DNA of 64,000 nucleotides from Kiritimatiellia bacterium (lineage in GTDB: Bacteria > Verrucomicrobiota > Kiritimatiellia > JAAZAB01), in the NCBI GenBank assembly GCA_040767085.1, contig JAXGPF010000004.1, forward strand, positions 166,756-230,755, given 5' to 3'. Positions 39,602-49,285 of this stretch are shown in pieces. How positions within the stretch are numbered: the first letter of the stretch is position 1; each line of letters begins with the position of its first letter. A program made the position numbers and the translations under genes. The notes below the pieces were generated by a model, which saw only the letters and a list, made by a program, of their open reading frames with translations, did not search any database and had not been told where the DNA came from.

Positions 39602-40544
39602 GATTTGATCCTCCTTGATTCGATTGACAAATTTCCAGCACCCTCAACCGGGCGGAACGCGCCCGGGGATTCGCCCGCACTTCCTCCGGCATGGGCGTTG
39701 CCGGTTTGCGGGTCAACGCCCGCACCAGCGGCGTTTCGCCGCAGAACCGCCAGCCGCCGGCCGGCAGCGACTCGCGGCGCAACATGTGGCGCCGCGCCGT
39801 CTGCTTGACCAGCCGATCTTCCAGGCTGTGATACGACAGCACCGCCAGCCTGCCGCCGGGCCGCAACAGCCGCAGCGCTTCCTCCAGTCCTTTTTCCAGA
39901 CATTCCAATTCGCGATTGACCGCTATCCGCAGCGCCTGGAACACCCGGGTCGCCGGGTGAATGCGCCCGCCTTGCCGTCCGCCGGCCGCGACCGCCGCCG
40001 CCAAATCCAACGTGTTGCGCAAGGCATGGCGCTCGCGTTCCCGCAGGATCGCCCGCGCCATCCGGCCGGCGGCCGGCTCATCGCCGTAACGCCACAGCCA
40101 ATCGCGCAACTGTTTTTCATCCGTGCCGTGCAGCAGGTCCGCCGCCGTCACACCGGCGCCGGTCTGGTCCATGCGCATATCCAGCGGACCAGCCTGCCGG
40201 AAACTGAAACCGCGTTCCGGGCTGTCCAACTGCTCCGACGACACTCCCAAATCCAGAATAATCCCGTCTAAAGCGCCGGCGCCGAAACGCCGGACTATCT
40301 CCGCCATTTCCGCAAAATTGCCATGCGCCAGCCGGCATTGCTCCTGCCAGGGCGCCAGGCGCGCGGCGGCCCGCTCCACCGCCGCCGCATCGCGGTCTAT
40401 GCCTATCAGCAGGCAGGCGCCCTGCAACCGCTCCAACAGGGCCTGCGCATGGCCGCCGCTGCCAAGCGTTCCATCCAGGTATATCCCGCCGGGCCGCAAA
40501 GCCAATCCATCCAAAACCTCCCGGACCATCACCGGTTCATGCAT
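39591..40544 (-). CDS. rsmH: 16S rRNA (cytosine1402-N4)-methyltransferase RsmH (MraW)
   Basis: HEPVMVREVLDGL...GIYLDGTLGSGGHA is the canonical RsmH N-terminus. Start ATG at 40544. Confidence 0.85.
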   Translation of the reverse strand: MHEPVMVREVLDGLALRPGGIYLDGTLGSGGHAQALLERLQGACLLIGIDRDAAAVERAAARLAPWQEQCRLAHGNFAEMAEIVRRFGAGALDGIILDLGVSSEQLDSPERGFSFRQAGPLDMRMDQTGAGVTAADLLHGTDEKQLRDWLWRYGDEPAAGRMARAILRERERHALRNTLDLAAAVAAGGRQGGRIHPATRVFQALRIAVNRELECLEKGLEEALRLLRPGGRLAVLSYHSLEDRLVKQTARRHMLRRESLPAGGWRFCGETPLVRALTRKPATPMPEEVRANPRARSARLRVLEICQSNQGGSNHVR

Positions 40545-40557
40545 GCCGGATGCTCCG

Positions 40558-40770
40558 TCACAGCGGACACGCAGCCGTCTGCTGTTCCGCATATTCCAGA
40601 TTGCGCAGCTTGAGCTTCATGATCTCGGTTTCGTAACACATGCTGCAAAAACCGTGGGAATACCTGGCCCCGGGATCGGCCGGGGCCGTCCGGTAGCGCC
40701 AGATTCCCATCATTTCATCCCGTTCGCGGCCGCAAATACAGCATTTCGTGGTGACCTTCGGGGCTTGCAT
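40558..40770 (-). CDS. Small Cys-rich protein (~70 aa) inserted between mraZ and rsmH
   Basis: MQAPKVTTKCCICGRERDE...HGFCSMCYETE has CxC...CxxC pairs and a GGGAGG SD. The stop lies 14 bp upstream of the rsmH start. Confidence 0.4.
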   Translation of the reverse strand: MQAPKVTTKCCICGRERDEMMGIWRYRTAPADPGARYSHGFCSMCYETEIMKLKLRNLEYAEQQTAACPL

Positions 40771-40831
40771 ATATGCCTCCCTCGATGTTAGCGACGTATC
40801 CCGCCCCATGCTTCCGCCATGCAACATGGCC

Positions 40832-41104
40832 TTAAACGCTGAGCCATGAACCGGCATTCAACCAGCATCCGCTCCCCGCCGTGGATAAACGCGCCCGGCC
40901 ATCTGCCGGCCGCGGCATCTGCGGCGCCGCCGGCGACGTTCCCGGCTGCACCGGCAGAATCTGCATGGTGGGTTCCATCACGCAGTCATGCACGCCGAAG
41001 CGCACCGAACGCAAAATCCTTTTGGGGAAGGTAAACCATCGTCCGTCATCCCGATCGGTTTCCAGCACGCGGTTCCATCCCATTAAGCGCAATCTTGACG
41101 TCAT
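40832..41104 (-). CDS. Hypothetical small ORF (90 aa)
   Basis: CAGGAGA SD lies 9 nt upstream of the ATG. The C-terminal half is low-complexity; it may be shorter or non-coding. Confidence 0.25.
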   Translation of the reverse strand: MTSRLRLMGWNRVLETDRDDGRWFTFPKRILRSVRFGVHDCVMEPTMQILPVQPGTSPAAPQMPRPADGRARLSTAGSGCWLNAGSWLSV

Positions 41105-41197
41105 TTTTTACATCTCCTGATCGGTTGGCCGCTGCAACCATCGCCTCAAAACTTGTCCAGGCCGACTCCGCTCCCGCGCCGCTCGCGGCGGCGGCCG

Positions 41198-41650
41198 TCA
41201 AAGATCCACATAGCGCAATGCATCTTCGATGGTGGCGTCGCCTACGGCGCTGGCCGCGCGCCAGGCTTCCGGATCCCAGGCCTCGAAATGATCAAATGCT
41301 CCGATCAACTCGACCTGTTCCGTAATCCCAGCCTGCGCCAGCAAATCGTCCTTAATCCGGATACGCCCCTGGGTATCCCATTCCAGCAACTCGGAATTCG
41401 CCGCCAGCACGCGCGCCAGCACGCGCGCCCGGCGGTCGGCAATGCCGATCTGCCGGAACTTGGCCAGCCGATGGGCCATTTCAGCGGCGGGGTAAATGTA
41501 TAAACACTTGTCGCCGTTCAACCCGGGCAATACGTACAAGCGTTTCAAGGGTCCGGCTTGATCCCGCCACTCCGCCGGTATGGTCAGACGTTTTTTCGGG
41601 TCCAGCGAATGCCGGAAATGGCTGACAAACCCACCCGCGGCCGCATCGGT
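41198..41650 (-). CDS. mraZ: Transcriptional regulator MraZ
   Basis: Two MraZ repeats: LDPKKRLTIPAEWR and WDTQGRIRIKDDLL. The start is uncertain, probably a non-ATG codon near 41650; the track start at 41818 falls in an A-rich promoter region. Confidence 0.65.
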   Translation of the reverse strand, partial: TDAAAGGFVSHFRHSLDPKKRLTIPAEWRDQAGPLKRLYVLPGLNGDKCLYIYPAAEMAHRLAKFRQIGIADRRARVLARVLAANSELLEWDTQGRIRIKDDLLAQAGITEQVELIGAFDHFEAWDPEAWRAASAVGDATIEDALRYVDL

Positions 41651-41724
41651 ATTATTCGGCAACGCGTCCTTTGAGCTCACCTTCCCCCCTCTTTTGACAC
41701 AATTCAACACTTTGCCCCACCATT

Positions 41725-41760
41725 TGTCAACATTTTTTTGCTTTTTTTTCATTTTTTTGA
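41725..41760 (-). promoter_or_regulatory. Putative mraZ (dcw) promoter: TTGACA -35 preceded by three phased A-tracts (UP-element-like)
   Basis: On the minus strand the sequence reads aaaaaaatgaaaaaaaagcaaaaaaatgTTGACA, with A-tracts spaced about 10 bp apart. The -10 element is not clearly identifiable. Confidence 0.4.
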
Positions 41761-41889
41761 ATCGGCCTCCCGGCGGCAGCCGGAATGAATGTTGGACTGC
41801 GGCTACGCCGCAGTCCAAAAAAGTCCATCACAACAAACTCCTACGGAAATGACATGCGCCATCTCTCCGGGCCGCGGTTAAAATATTTT

Positions 41890-41918
41890 TTGACCCGGCC
41901 ATTCGGTTCTGTTATCAT
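41890..41918 (+). promoter_or_regulatory. Sigma70-like promoter TTGACC-17 bp-TATCAT
   Basis: TTGACC at 41890-41895 and TATCAT at 41913-41918. A GAGGAG SD precedes the ATG at 41968. Confidence 0.45.
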
Positions 41919-41967
41919 TGAACCCGTCAAACCTGAAAAATCGCGCAACGAATGAGGAGCATTCACC

Positions 41968-42456
41968 ATGCATAAATCAACCGTGATTTCCGCCGCCGGC
42001 GCCATTGCCATCCTGCTGGCCGGCCGCTTGGCAGCCGCTGAACCGGCCCCGGCCGCCGCGCCATCGGCCTTCGCCCCCGCGCAAGCCGCGCCCGGCCAGC
42101 CGGAGACGCCGCCCAAACCTTTTAACGTGGAAATGAGCGCGGAATTCATGCGCAAGGTGATGGAAACCAGCGCCAAGATCGAAGCCATCAAAAAGCAGGC
42201 CGCTGAGCGACGCGCGGAAATTTTCAAGACCAATACGGAAATCCAAAGCCACCAAAAACAAATGGTGGCGCTGCAGAAAAAAATCAATGCCATTCTCGCA
42301 GCCGACGGAGAATTGACCGGCCTGGAAATGGAACGCGATATTCTCCTGACCATCATGCCGGCCATGCCCGCGGCGCGGGTGCGGGCCGGAGCACCGGCGG
42401 GATTGTTCCCGATGATCAACCGGGCGCCGGTGACGCCGCCGCCGGCCGTTCAGTGA
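41968..42456 (+). CDS. Secreted hypothetical protein with a coiled-coil segment
   Basis: Signal-like N-terminus, then Ala/Pro-rich and helical regions; no recognisable motif. Confidence 0.5.
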   Translation: MHKSTVISAAGAIAILLAGRLAAAEPAPAAAPSAFAPAQAAPGQPETPPKPFNVEMSAEFMRKVMETSAKIEAIKKQAAERRAEIFKTNTEIQSHQKQMVALQKKINAILAADGELTGLEMERDILLTIMPAMPAARVRAGAPAGLFPMINRAPVTPPPAVQ

Positions 42457-42479
42457 CATCCGCCTGCAAGGAGATATAA

Positions 42480-42959
42480 ATGGCGAGTCAGGTTTTGATT
42501 GTTTATTTTTCGCGTTCCGGCAACACCGCCCGCATGGCGGAACTCGTCGCCGAAGGCGTGCGCCAGGGCGGCGCCGAATCCGCGGTCAAGGCGGTGGCGG
42601 AAGCTAAAATCAGCGACCTGGCGGAAGCGCAGGGAATTATCCTGGGCTCGCCCACTTACTACGGCTCCATGGCCGCCGAAATCAAATGCTTTATTGACGC
42701 CAGCGTCAAACTGCACGGCCAGTTGGCCGGCAAGGTCGGCGGAGCTTTCACCTCTTCCGGCGGTATTGCGGGGGGGAACGAAACCACCGTCCTGGATATG
42801 CTCAAAGCCCTGCTGATCCACGGCATGGTGATTCCCGGCAACTGCAACGGCGATCATTACGGTCCGGTCGCCGTCGGCGCGCCGGACCAGCGCGCGGCGG
42901 ACCAATGCCGCCTGCTGGGCAAGATGGTCGGGGAATTAGCCGTTAAGCTGCACGGTTAA
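42480..42959 (+). CDS. Flavodoxin-like fold protein (NAD(P)H-dependent FMN reductase / WrbA-like)
   Basis: VLIVYFSRSGNTARMAE...ILGSPTYYGSMAAEIKCFIDA matches the flavodoxin_2/FMN_red pattern. Confidence 0.7.
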   Translation: MASQVLIVYFSRSGNTARMAELVAEGVRQGGAESAVKAVAEAKISDLAEAQGIILGSPTYYGSMAAEIKCFIDASVKLHGQLAGKVGGAFTSSGGIAGGNETTVLDMLKALLIHGMVIPGNCNGDHYGPVAVGAPDQRAADQCRLLGKMVGELAVKLHG

Positions 42960-43792
42960 TGCCCGGCGCGGGCAGGCCGCGCGGCGGCCGGCGGGAATAC
43001 CAATTTCAGGCCGTCAAAGATTTTGCGTCCCCAATGTGTCACGCGGAAATATTCCCTGGGCGCATCATCGGGAAGACCGTAGCGTTGATTGATCAGCGCG
43101 TGGCGCTGCCGGAATTTTTTTAAATATCCCGCACGGGTCGGCGCCGGCTGGCCGGCATTCCACGGCAGCCATTCGAAAATCTGCGAGGCATGGCACAGCG
43201 CCATCCGCTGCTTGACGGCATACACGCTGGAAATATCCACGGCGTAATCATAGCCCCGCTCGCCGGCGTAGGGATCATCCACGTTGATGATCAGCGGGTT
43301 GAGCGCCAGCGGCTTCGCCGGCCCGTTCAACGTGGGATAGGCATGCGGCACCGAGAGTTGATACGCCGTCATCCGCACGGCGCAAGCCGTGTTATAATGG
43401 TCGATATGAATCCCCGCCAGGGGATCCCCGACCACCGGAGGGCAGAAGATAAAGTCCGGCTCGAAATCCCGGATGGCGTTCCACAGGCCGCCCAGGGTGT
43501 TCCGATCGAGGAAAAACTGGCCCGGCACATGCTGGCCGTCCAGACCGGCCAGGCATTCATACTCCGCGCCGATCAGCGCCGCGCTCCGCCGCGCCTCCCG
43601 ATCGCGCCGGGCAAAAGTTTCGTCGGACGTCATTTCATGATGCCCGGAAGCGCCGCGGGTGGTGGCCAGGATTTTCAGTCGCAGACGCCGGCCGTAGCGC
43701 CGGCGCAGCAGGGCGAACAATCCTCCGGCGTTAAATTCGAAGTCATCCTGGTGGGCCATGATGGACATGACCCCGATTGTTTTTTGTTTCAT
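42956..43792 (-). CDS. PIG-L/LmbE-family N-acetylglucosaminyl deacetylase
   Basis: IMAHQDDFEF, and HxDH (IHIDHYN) further on, are PIG-L family motifs. Start at MKQKTIG. Confidence 0.65.
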   Translation of the reverse strand: MKQKTIGVMSIMAHQDDFEFNAGGLFALLRRRYGRRLRLKILATTRGASGHHEMTSDETFARRDREARRSAALIGAEYECLAGLDGQHVPGQFFLDRNTLGGLWNAIRDFEPDFIFCPPVVGDPLAGIHIDHYNTACAVRMTAYQLSVPHAYPTLNGPAKPLALNPLIINVDDPYAGERGYDYAVDISSVYAVKQRMALCHASQIFEWLPWNAGQPAPTRAGYLKKFRQRHALINQRYGLPDDAPREYFRVTHWGRKIFDGLKLVFPPAAARPARAGH

Positions 43793-44937
43793 TGCTTCTC
43801 CGTTGGCGGCCTTGTGCTGGCCCGCTCCATGATAGACGCCTGAAAACGCGTTTCCCGGCCGCCGCAATCAGCGTCGTTGAACAAACGCGTAATTGCGCCG
43901 CCCAGGGTTTCCCAATTAAAATCAAAAGCGCTCAAAGCCGGACGCAGGGCGCTGTTTTCCGGCAGATCGCGGTAAACCAACACGGCCACGTCCCGGGGGA
44001 TGTGCAGCCCGGCGCGGCCGGTTAAAACCGCGTAGGCATCCGGCGCCAATTCCGCCGCGCACAGCACCAGGGCGTCAAAGCGGACGCGCTGCCACAGGTC
44101 GAAAATCATGGCCGGCCGGTCGCCCGGGGCATTCGGATCGTATTCGCAAAACTGGACGGAATCAAAATCCAGGCGGCAGGACTCCAGGCCGGCGATGAAC
44201 CCCTGGCGGAACGGATGGTCCGGCTGGTCGGGCACGCGTTTAATTGCCGCCAACCGGCGCCGGCCGCCGGCATGGAGATGCTGCACCGCCTGCTGCATCG
44301 CGGCCTGCCGGTCAATCACCGCCACCTTCCATTCCGCCTGGCGGACCAGCCGCCAGTTTGCGGGATGTTGCTGCTCGTACTGGGATGAAAGATATACGCC
44401 GCGCACCCCCCGCTCAATCAGGAAAGGAATGATGCGTTCATACCAGGCGCCGCTGACGAAGACATTCGCGCCGCGCGGGATGCGTTCCAGCAGGGGCCAA
44501 TCCACCAGTTCCGGGTTTTGGGATATATTGACGCGGTTGGCGCGCAGCACTGGCAGCGGATGTACCATTTGCCCCGGCCCCGCGGCGCGGATCGCGCCGG
44601 CCAGCATGTGCCGCAGCATGACGCTGGTTTCATGATTCAGCGTCAGGTGTCCGGCATGGGGCACCAGGAAATAAATCGTGTTGTCCCGGCCGGCCCGGGG
44701 CGGGCGGACATATGTGCCATCGCCGTGCCGGCATTCCAGCAAGCCCTCCTGCTCCAGCAACTCGCAGGCGGTCTGCGCCGACCGGGCGCTGACTTTGAAA
44801 CGCACTGCCAATTCGCGAATGCTCTTGATGCGGTCGCCGGGCCGGAGTTTGCCCGATAGAATATCCGCCCGCACCGCGTCCGCCACCAGGCTGGACTTGC
44901 GTTTGAGTCTTTTGATTGACTTCATGACATAATACAC
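43789..44937 (-). CDS. GntR-family transcriptional regulator with a C-terminal periplasmic-binding-protein-like (sugar-binding) domain
   Basis: N-terminal winged HTH IKSIRELAVRFKVSARSAQTACELLEQEGLLECRHGDGTYV, and a C-terminal Peripla_BP-like region about 280 aa long. Confidence 0.65.
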   Translation of the reverse strand: MYYVMKSIKRLKRKSSLVADAVRADILSGKLRPGDRIKSIRELAVRFKVSARSAQTACELLEQEGLLECRHGDGTYVRPPRAGRDNTIYFLVPHAGHLTLNHETSVMLRHMLAGAIRAAGPGQMVHPLPVLRANRVNISQNPELVDWPLLERIPRGANVFVSGAWYERIIPFLIERGVRGVYLSSQYEQQHPANWRLVRQAEWKVAVIDRQAAMQQAVQHLHAGGRRRLAAIKRVPDQPDHPFRQGFIAGLESCRLDFDSVQFCEYDPNAPGDRPAMIFDLWQRVRFDALVLCAAELAPDAYAVLTGRAGLHIPRDVAVLVYRDLPENSALRPALSAFDFNWETLGGAITRLFNDADCGGRETRFQASIMERASTRPPTEKQ

Positions 44938-45402
44938 TAGAATACTGCCCGTGGGGTAAACGTAGCATAATTCCGCCGCACGTCAATGCCTAAACGGGGG
45001 CATCTGCCGCCGCCGAACGGCCGCTGGCGGGTTGATCCGGTCAACCATGAATACCTGCCGCTGTATGAAAAAGCCGGCGGCATGCAAGAACAATTCGAAG
45101 CCGCACTCGCCGCCTTCCGGGCCAAGGGTCTGGCGGAAGACCTGCAAGCGAAGGCAATCAACCCGAACTGCATCGCCGGCGTCACCGGCCGGGGACCTGC
45201 GCGAAAGTTTCCCGGAGCAACAAGCAGGCTTGATTTTACGTCCGCCGGACAGCTTCATGAATGTCCGCCGCGGGAGTCCCCAAGGCCGGGACATCTTGAG
45301 CAGCGAATGGATTTCGCAGCCCTTGGCTTTGCCCGCGGACTTCTCCAAGACTCCAGCGTATGCCATCACCGCGGTGGCCGGCGGCGCTTGCGCGCCGGAC
45401 AT

Positions 45403-46530
45403 TCATAATTTTATCCGGCCGGCCCGCAAATCTTCCAGCAGCCCGTCATAACGGGCGCGATCCACCGGCAGGGTCACCTCCCGCTTTTCGATGGCTGATA
45501 AAATCATGGCATTGGCCCACTCCACGGCGTGCAGCCCCTCCGCGCCAGGCGCCAGCAGGCTGTCGTTGGGCCGGTCGTGCAAGATCGCATCGCACCAATC
45601 GCGGAAAACAATCTTATGCCCGCGTTCCTGTTCCGGCACCTCCAGCTTGTGTTCCGTAAATGAAACCTGTGCGCCGATGGTGGACGCTTCCCGGATCAAC
45701 AGATCGGAAGGCTGGCCGAATTCCCGGAAAACCAAGCCGGCGCCGTCAAAAAACAGCGCCCCGCGGGTGCCAATCACTTCCACCCGCGTGATGCCGGAGA
45801 CCTCGCCGGTATTGGCGTAAAACCGGCAGGGAAATCCGGCGGCGAATTTTATGCGGGCATCCACTTCGTCCTCCGTCTCGATGGCATGAAAACGCGTGCC
45901 GATTTCGGCGGAGATGGCGCGCGCCGGCCCAAACCACCAGTAGAGCAAATCCAGGTCATGCGGCGCCTGATTCATCAGGAAACCGCCGCCTTCTCCGCGC
46001 CACGTGCCCCGCCACGTCTGGGAATTGTAATAAGCCTGGGTGCGCAGCCAGTTGGTCCACACCGTGTCCACCCGTTGGATTTGGCCGACGCTGCCCCGGG
46101 CAAGCCAGTCCTTGATTACTTGATTGACGGCCGTGGTGCGCTTGGAATACATAGTGCAGAACTTCACCTGGGTCTTGCGCCAGGCGGCAATCAGGGCGTC
46201 CGCCTCGGAGACGGCGACGGTAATCGGCTTCTCGCACATGACATGCAGATTTCTGGCGAAGGCATAGCGGCTGATTTCCGCGTGGCAGGGATGCGGCGTG
46301 GCTATCGCCACCGCGCCGCACAAACCGCTGTCAATCAGCTGCCGGTAATCGGTGAAACGCTTGACCGCCGGACTGAGCCGTTTCTTGTTTTCCGCCTCGG
46401 TAAACCTTGCCGGCACGATATCGCAGACCGCGGTCACCTGCGCCTGCGGCACATCCTCCGTCAGGGTTTTCAGATGCCCCTGCCCCATCGTACCCAGACC
46501 GATGATGCCTATCCTGACTTTTGTCTCCAT
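45403..46530 (-). CDS. Gfo/Idh/MocA-family NAD(P)-dependent oxidoreductase
   Basis: IGIIGLGTMGQGH Rossmann motif and a CEKP motif (HVMCEKPI). Confidence 0.8.
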   Translation of the reverse strand: METKVRIGIIGLGTMGQGHLKTLTEDVPQAQVTAVCDIVPARFTEAENKKRLSPAVKRFTDYRQLIDSGLCGAVAIATPHPCHAEISRYAFARNLHVMCEKPITVAVSEADALIAAWRKTQVKFCTMYSKRTTAVNQVIKDWLARGSVGQIQRVDTVWTNWLRTQAYYNSQTWRGTWRGEGGGFLMNQAPHDLDLLYWWFGPARAISAEIGTRFHAIETEDEVDARIKFAAGFPCRFYANTGEVSGITRVEVIGTRGALFFDGAGLVFREFGQPSDLLIREASTIGAQVSFTEHKLEVPEQERGHKIVFRDWCDAILHDRPNDSLLAPGAEGLHAVEWANAMILSAIEKREVTLPVDRARYDGLLEDLRAGRIKL

Positions 46531-46653
46531 GATCCTGTTTGACTCCTCTCTTGGTTCCTCTGGGGTATGCCCCTAAACTTAAACTTGACGGATCGCACCC
46601 GCCGTTGCCACCGCCGGCCGGGCGGCGAGCGGCGCCGGCCGCCGCGCGTCCAA

Positions 46654-49176
46654 TCATTGACCGGAGAATTTGCCGGCGCCGGCGATGTATTCCTCGGACT
46701 CTTTCCAGTACGCCGCCGATTCCAAGGGTGCGTCATCAAGCTGCCAGTATTGCGTCATCTTGCGCTCGCGCGGGCGCGGCGCGGCGCCTTGCTCGCGCAG
46801 GTAGCGCGCCAGGGCCGCCGGCTCAATCGCCGCCGCCGGGCGGAAGGCATCGGACGCGGCGTAATCCAGGATGGAATCGAACAGGGCGCGCGCTTCCGGC
46901 AGATCCTGGTTCAACCCGGTAAAGTTCAACCCGGTGACGAACAGACGCCCCGGCCCGACCCTGACTTCGAAGGCGTAGGCGAAATTGCGCATGGTATATT
47001 CCGGCTGGAGTTCCGACAATTGATATGTAAAAACATCAAAGCGATCCCGTACGGGACGGTCCACCCCGCGCATGATCGGCTCCAGCTTCACGGGGAAATT
47101 ATCCAGGTTGATCTTGTCGCAATCGTTGATCAACGCGTGAAACTGCAGATCGGCAAAGCCGTCATGCGGCAGGCCGGCAAATGAAGGATGCGGTTCAATG
47201 ATCGCCCCGCAATTGTGGCCGCGATCCCAGATCACGCCCTTGAACCGGTCCCATACCGCCGGCAGCCAGTACTGCTCGCGCGGCGCGGCCTGGCGCCGGT
47301 CGCGCGTTTCCGGCACGCGATACAGCACCAGGGCGTCGCCGCCGCGGGCCAGATGCGCTAATAATGCAGCGCTGAACCGGTTGACGATCAGCAGCCCGGC
47401 CGGATCGGCCAGCGATCCTTGCGGCCGCAGCCGCGGGCAATGCGCCGCCAGTTGTATTTCATCGAGCGCAATGGTGCAGTTCACCGGCGCGCGGGACGCC
47501 GGCGGCGGGGTACACCAGACTTGCCAGTCGTTTTCCGCAATCCGGCGGCCGGCGCCGTCCTGCAGCCACAGGCACAGCTTCAAAGCCAACGGCCGGTCGG
47601 CCGCCGGCAGAGTCAGTTCCAGGGAACAAATTTCGCGCAAGCCGCGCGCGCGCAGGTCAATCCCCCGCAAAATGCCGCCGCGCAATGGTTCCCGGGCGCC
47701 CGGCCGGGCCGTGTCGTGCAAGGCAAAACCGAAATCCGCGGCACCCGGGCCGCCGGCGGCATAATGCGAAAGCCACACGGGAATTTTCAACGTCCCGCCC
47801 GCGCGCAGGACCCGCCGCGGCAAATCCGCCAGCAGCACGCTGTCGCCGTTGAATTTCATGAATTCCGCGCGATCCACCCCGGCTGCATCGTCGAAACAAT
47901 CCAGGATGCCGTTGGAATTCTCGTAACGGTCGGTATCCGAGAGCTGCAGGAAATGGAATCCGCTGAGCAGCGGGCTGCGCCGGGCGGCTTCCAGCGCCAG
48001 CTTCCAGCTGATGAACTGGAAGCGTTTGCTTGCCGCGCGCAACCGTCCGTAATCAGCCAGTTGCCCCTTGGCCGCCGCCAGTTTCCGGGTCGCGGCCAGC
48101 CACCAGGGCGGCGGGACGCCGTGTTTCTGGAACTTGGCGTCCAGCGCGTCCAAATCGCGCCAGGCGATGTAATGGCAGACTTCATGCGCCAGCACCGGAC
48201 GCTCCGGACGGATGGCGCGGGTGATGGTATATGCCAGGCCGTCCGCCGCGCCGGATGCGGTCAACTGGTTGCCCTGGCACGATCCATAAATCAGCCAGTT
48301 ATAAGTGTTGTCAAACATGTCGTAATCCTTGCCGAAGGGATAGTAATACGACATATGCTGAACATCGAAGTCCACGTAAGTGCGATCATATTCGCCGTGG
48401 GCGCAGGTGTCAATGAACAGGCGGGTCGGATCCAATTCCCGGGTCACCGCGGCGATATGCGCGATAAATGGATTCTTGCCCGGATGCTTGATTTCATTAC
48501 CGATGCAATAGGCCAGCAGCGAAGGATGGTTGCGCAGCCGCAGGATGACGGCGCGCCATTCCCGCTCGTCGATCACCTCGTTGTCATCGCGCATCGCGCG
48601 GCGTTCCTTCTGGTAGCGCCCGTAATATTTCCGCGCTTCCAGATGGATGAAGATTCCCAAACGGTCGGCCACTTCGAAACATTCCTCCGGCGGCACCGTG
48701 GAATGGAACCGGATCAGGTTGAACCCGTAGGCCTTGGCCGCCCGTATGTTTTTCTCGTAATACGCCGTTAAGGACAGATTTTCCAGATTGGGGTGATCGT
48801 GCGCCGCGCGCCCGCGGATATACCCGCGGGCGTAAAATTTCCGGCCATTGACCAGGATATCGCGCCCGGCCGCCCGGATGCTCCTCATTCCGAAGCGGAC
48901 CGCGCAGGACTGGCTGCGCCCGGCAACATCAAGTTCCAGCGCCAGTTCGTACAGGCACGGATGATCCAGGCTCCAGGGCCGGCAATCCGGTATGGACGCC
49001 CAAAACTCCACCGATCCCGCGCCGGCCGTTGGCACGGCGCCGGACGCGACAGCCCGGCCCTGATCCATGATCCGCCATGTACCGGCCGACATGCCCGCGG
49101 GCGCGGTGAACGATACGCGCGCCCCGCCAGCCTCCAGATCCGGCGCCACGAATAAATCCGGCAATTCCTGCTCCAC
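46654..49176 (-). CDS. Glycoside hydrolase family 2-like
   Basis: VRFGMRSIRAAGRDILVNGRKFYARGYIRG resembles the GH2 FGFR...NGKP...RGVNRHE region. A TIM-barrel region follows, with NLIRFHSTVPPEE...HLE. Confidence 0.6.
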   Translation of the reverse strand: MEQELPDLFVAPDLEAGGARVSFTAPAGMSAGTWRIMDQGRAVASGAVPTAGAGSVEFWASIPDCRPWSLDHPCLYELALELDVAGRSQSCAVRFGMRSIRAAGRDILVNGRKFYARGYIRGRAAHDHPNLENLSLTAYYEKNIRAAKAYGFNLIRFHSTVPPEECFEVADRLGIFIHLEARKYYGRYQKERRAMRDDNEVIDEREWRAVILRLRNHPSLLAYCIGNEIKHPGKNPFIAHIAAVTRELDPTRLFIDTCAHGEYDRTYVDFDVQHMSYYYPFGKDYDMFDNTYNWLIYGSCQGNQLTASGAADGLAYTITRAIRPERPVLAHEVCHYIAWRDLDALDAKFQKHGVPPPWWLAATRKLAAAKGQLADYGRLRAASKRFQFISWKLALEAARRSPLLSGFHFLQLSDTDRYENSNGILDCFDDAAGVDRAEFMKFNGDSVLLADLPRRVLRAGGTLKIPVWLSHYAAGGPGAADFGFALHDTARPGAREPLRGGILRGIDLRARGLREICSLELTLPAADRPLALKLCLWLQDGAGRRIAENDWQVWCTPPPASRAPVNCTIALDEIQLAAHCPRLRPQGSLADPAGLLIVNRFSAALLAHLARGGDALVLYRVPETRDRRQAAPREQYWLPAVWDRFKGVIWDRGHNCGAIIEPHPSFAGLPHDGFADLQFHALINDCDKINLDNFPVKLEPIMRGVDRPVRDRFDVFTYQLSELQPEYTMRNFAYAFEVRVGPGRLFVTGLNFTGLNQDLPEARALFDSILDYAASDAFRPAAAIEPAALARYLREQGAAPRPRERKMTQYWQLDDAPLESAAYWKESEEYIAGAGKFSGQ

Positions 49177-49285
49177 GTCTTCCTCCTGGCAATTCCATCA
49201 TGCCGCGCCTGTCGCGCGCCGAGCTCCCGCAGCATATGCGCGGCGTATCAACTCCATCCCGCCTGGCCCCGGAACAAACGCGGTT

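Noticed and set aside
40846-41120. Plus-strand small ORFs (62 and 79 aa) in the mraZ-rsmH spacer
   Set aside because: No SD. They overlap a minus-strand ORF that has a good SD, and the spacer is more consistently read on the minus strand, like the flanking dcw genes.
44986-45408. 140-aa plus-strand ORF between the GntR regulator and Gfo/Idh/MocA
   Set aside because: No SD and no motifs. More likely an intergenic regulatory or terminator region for the minus-strand cluster.
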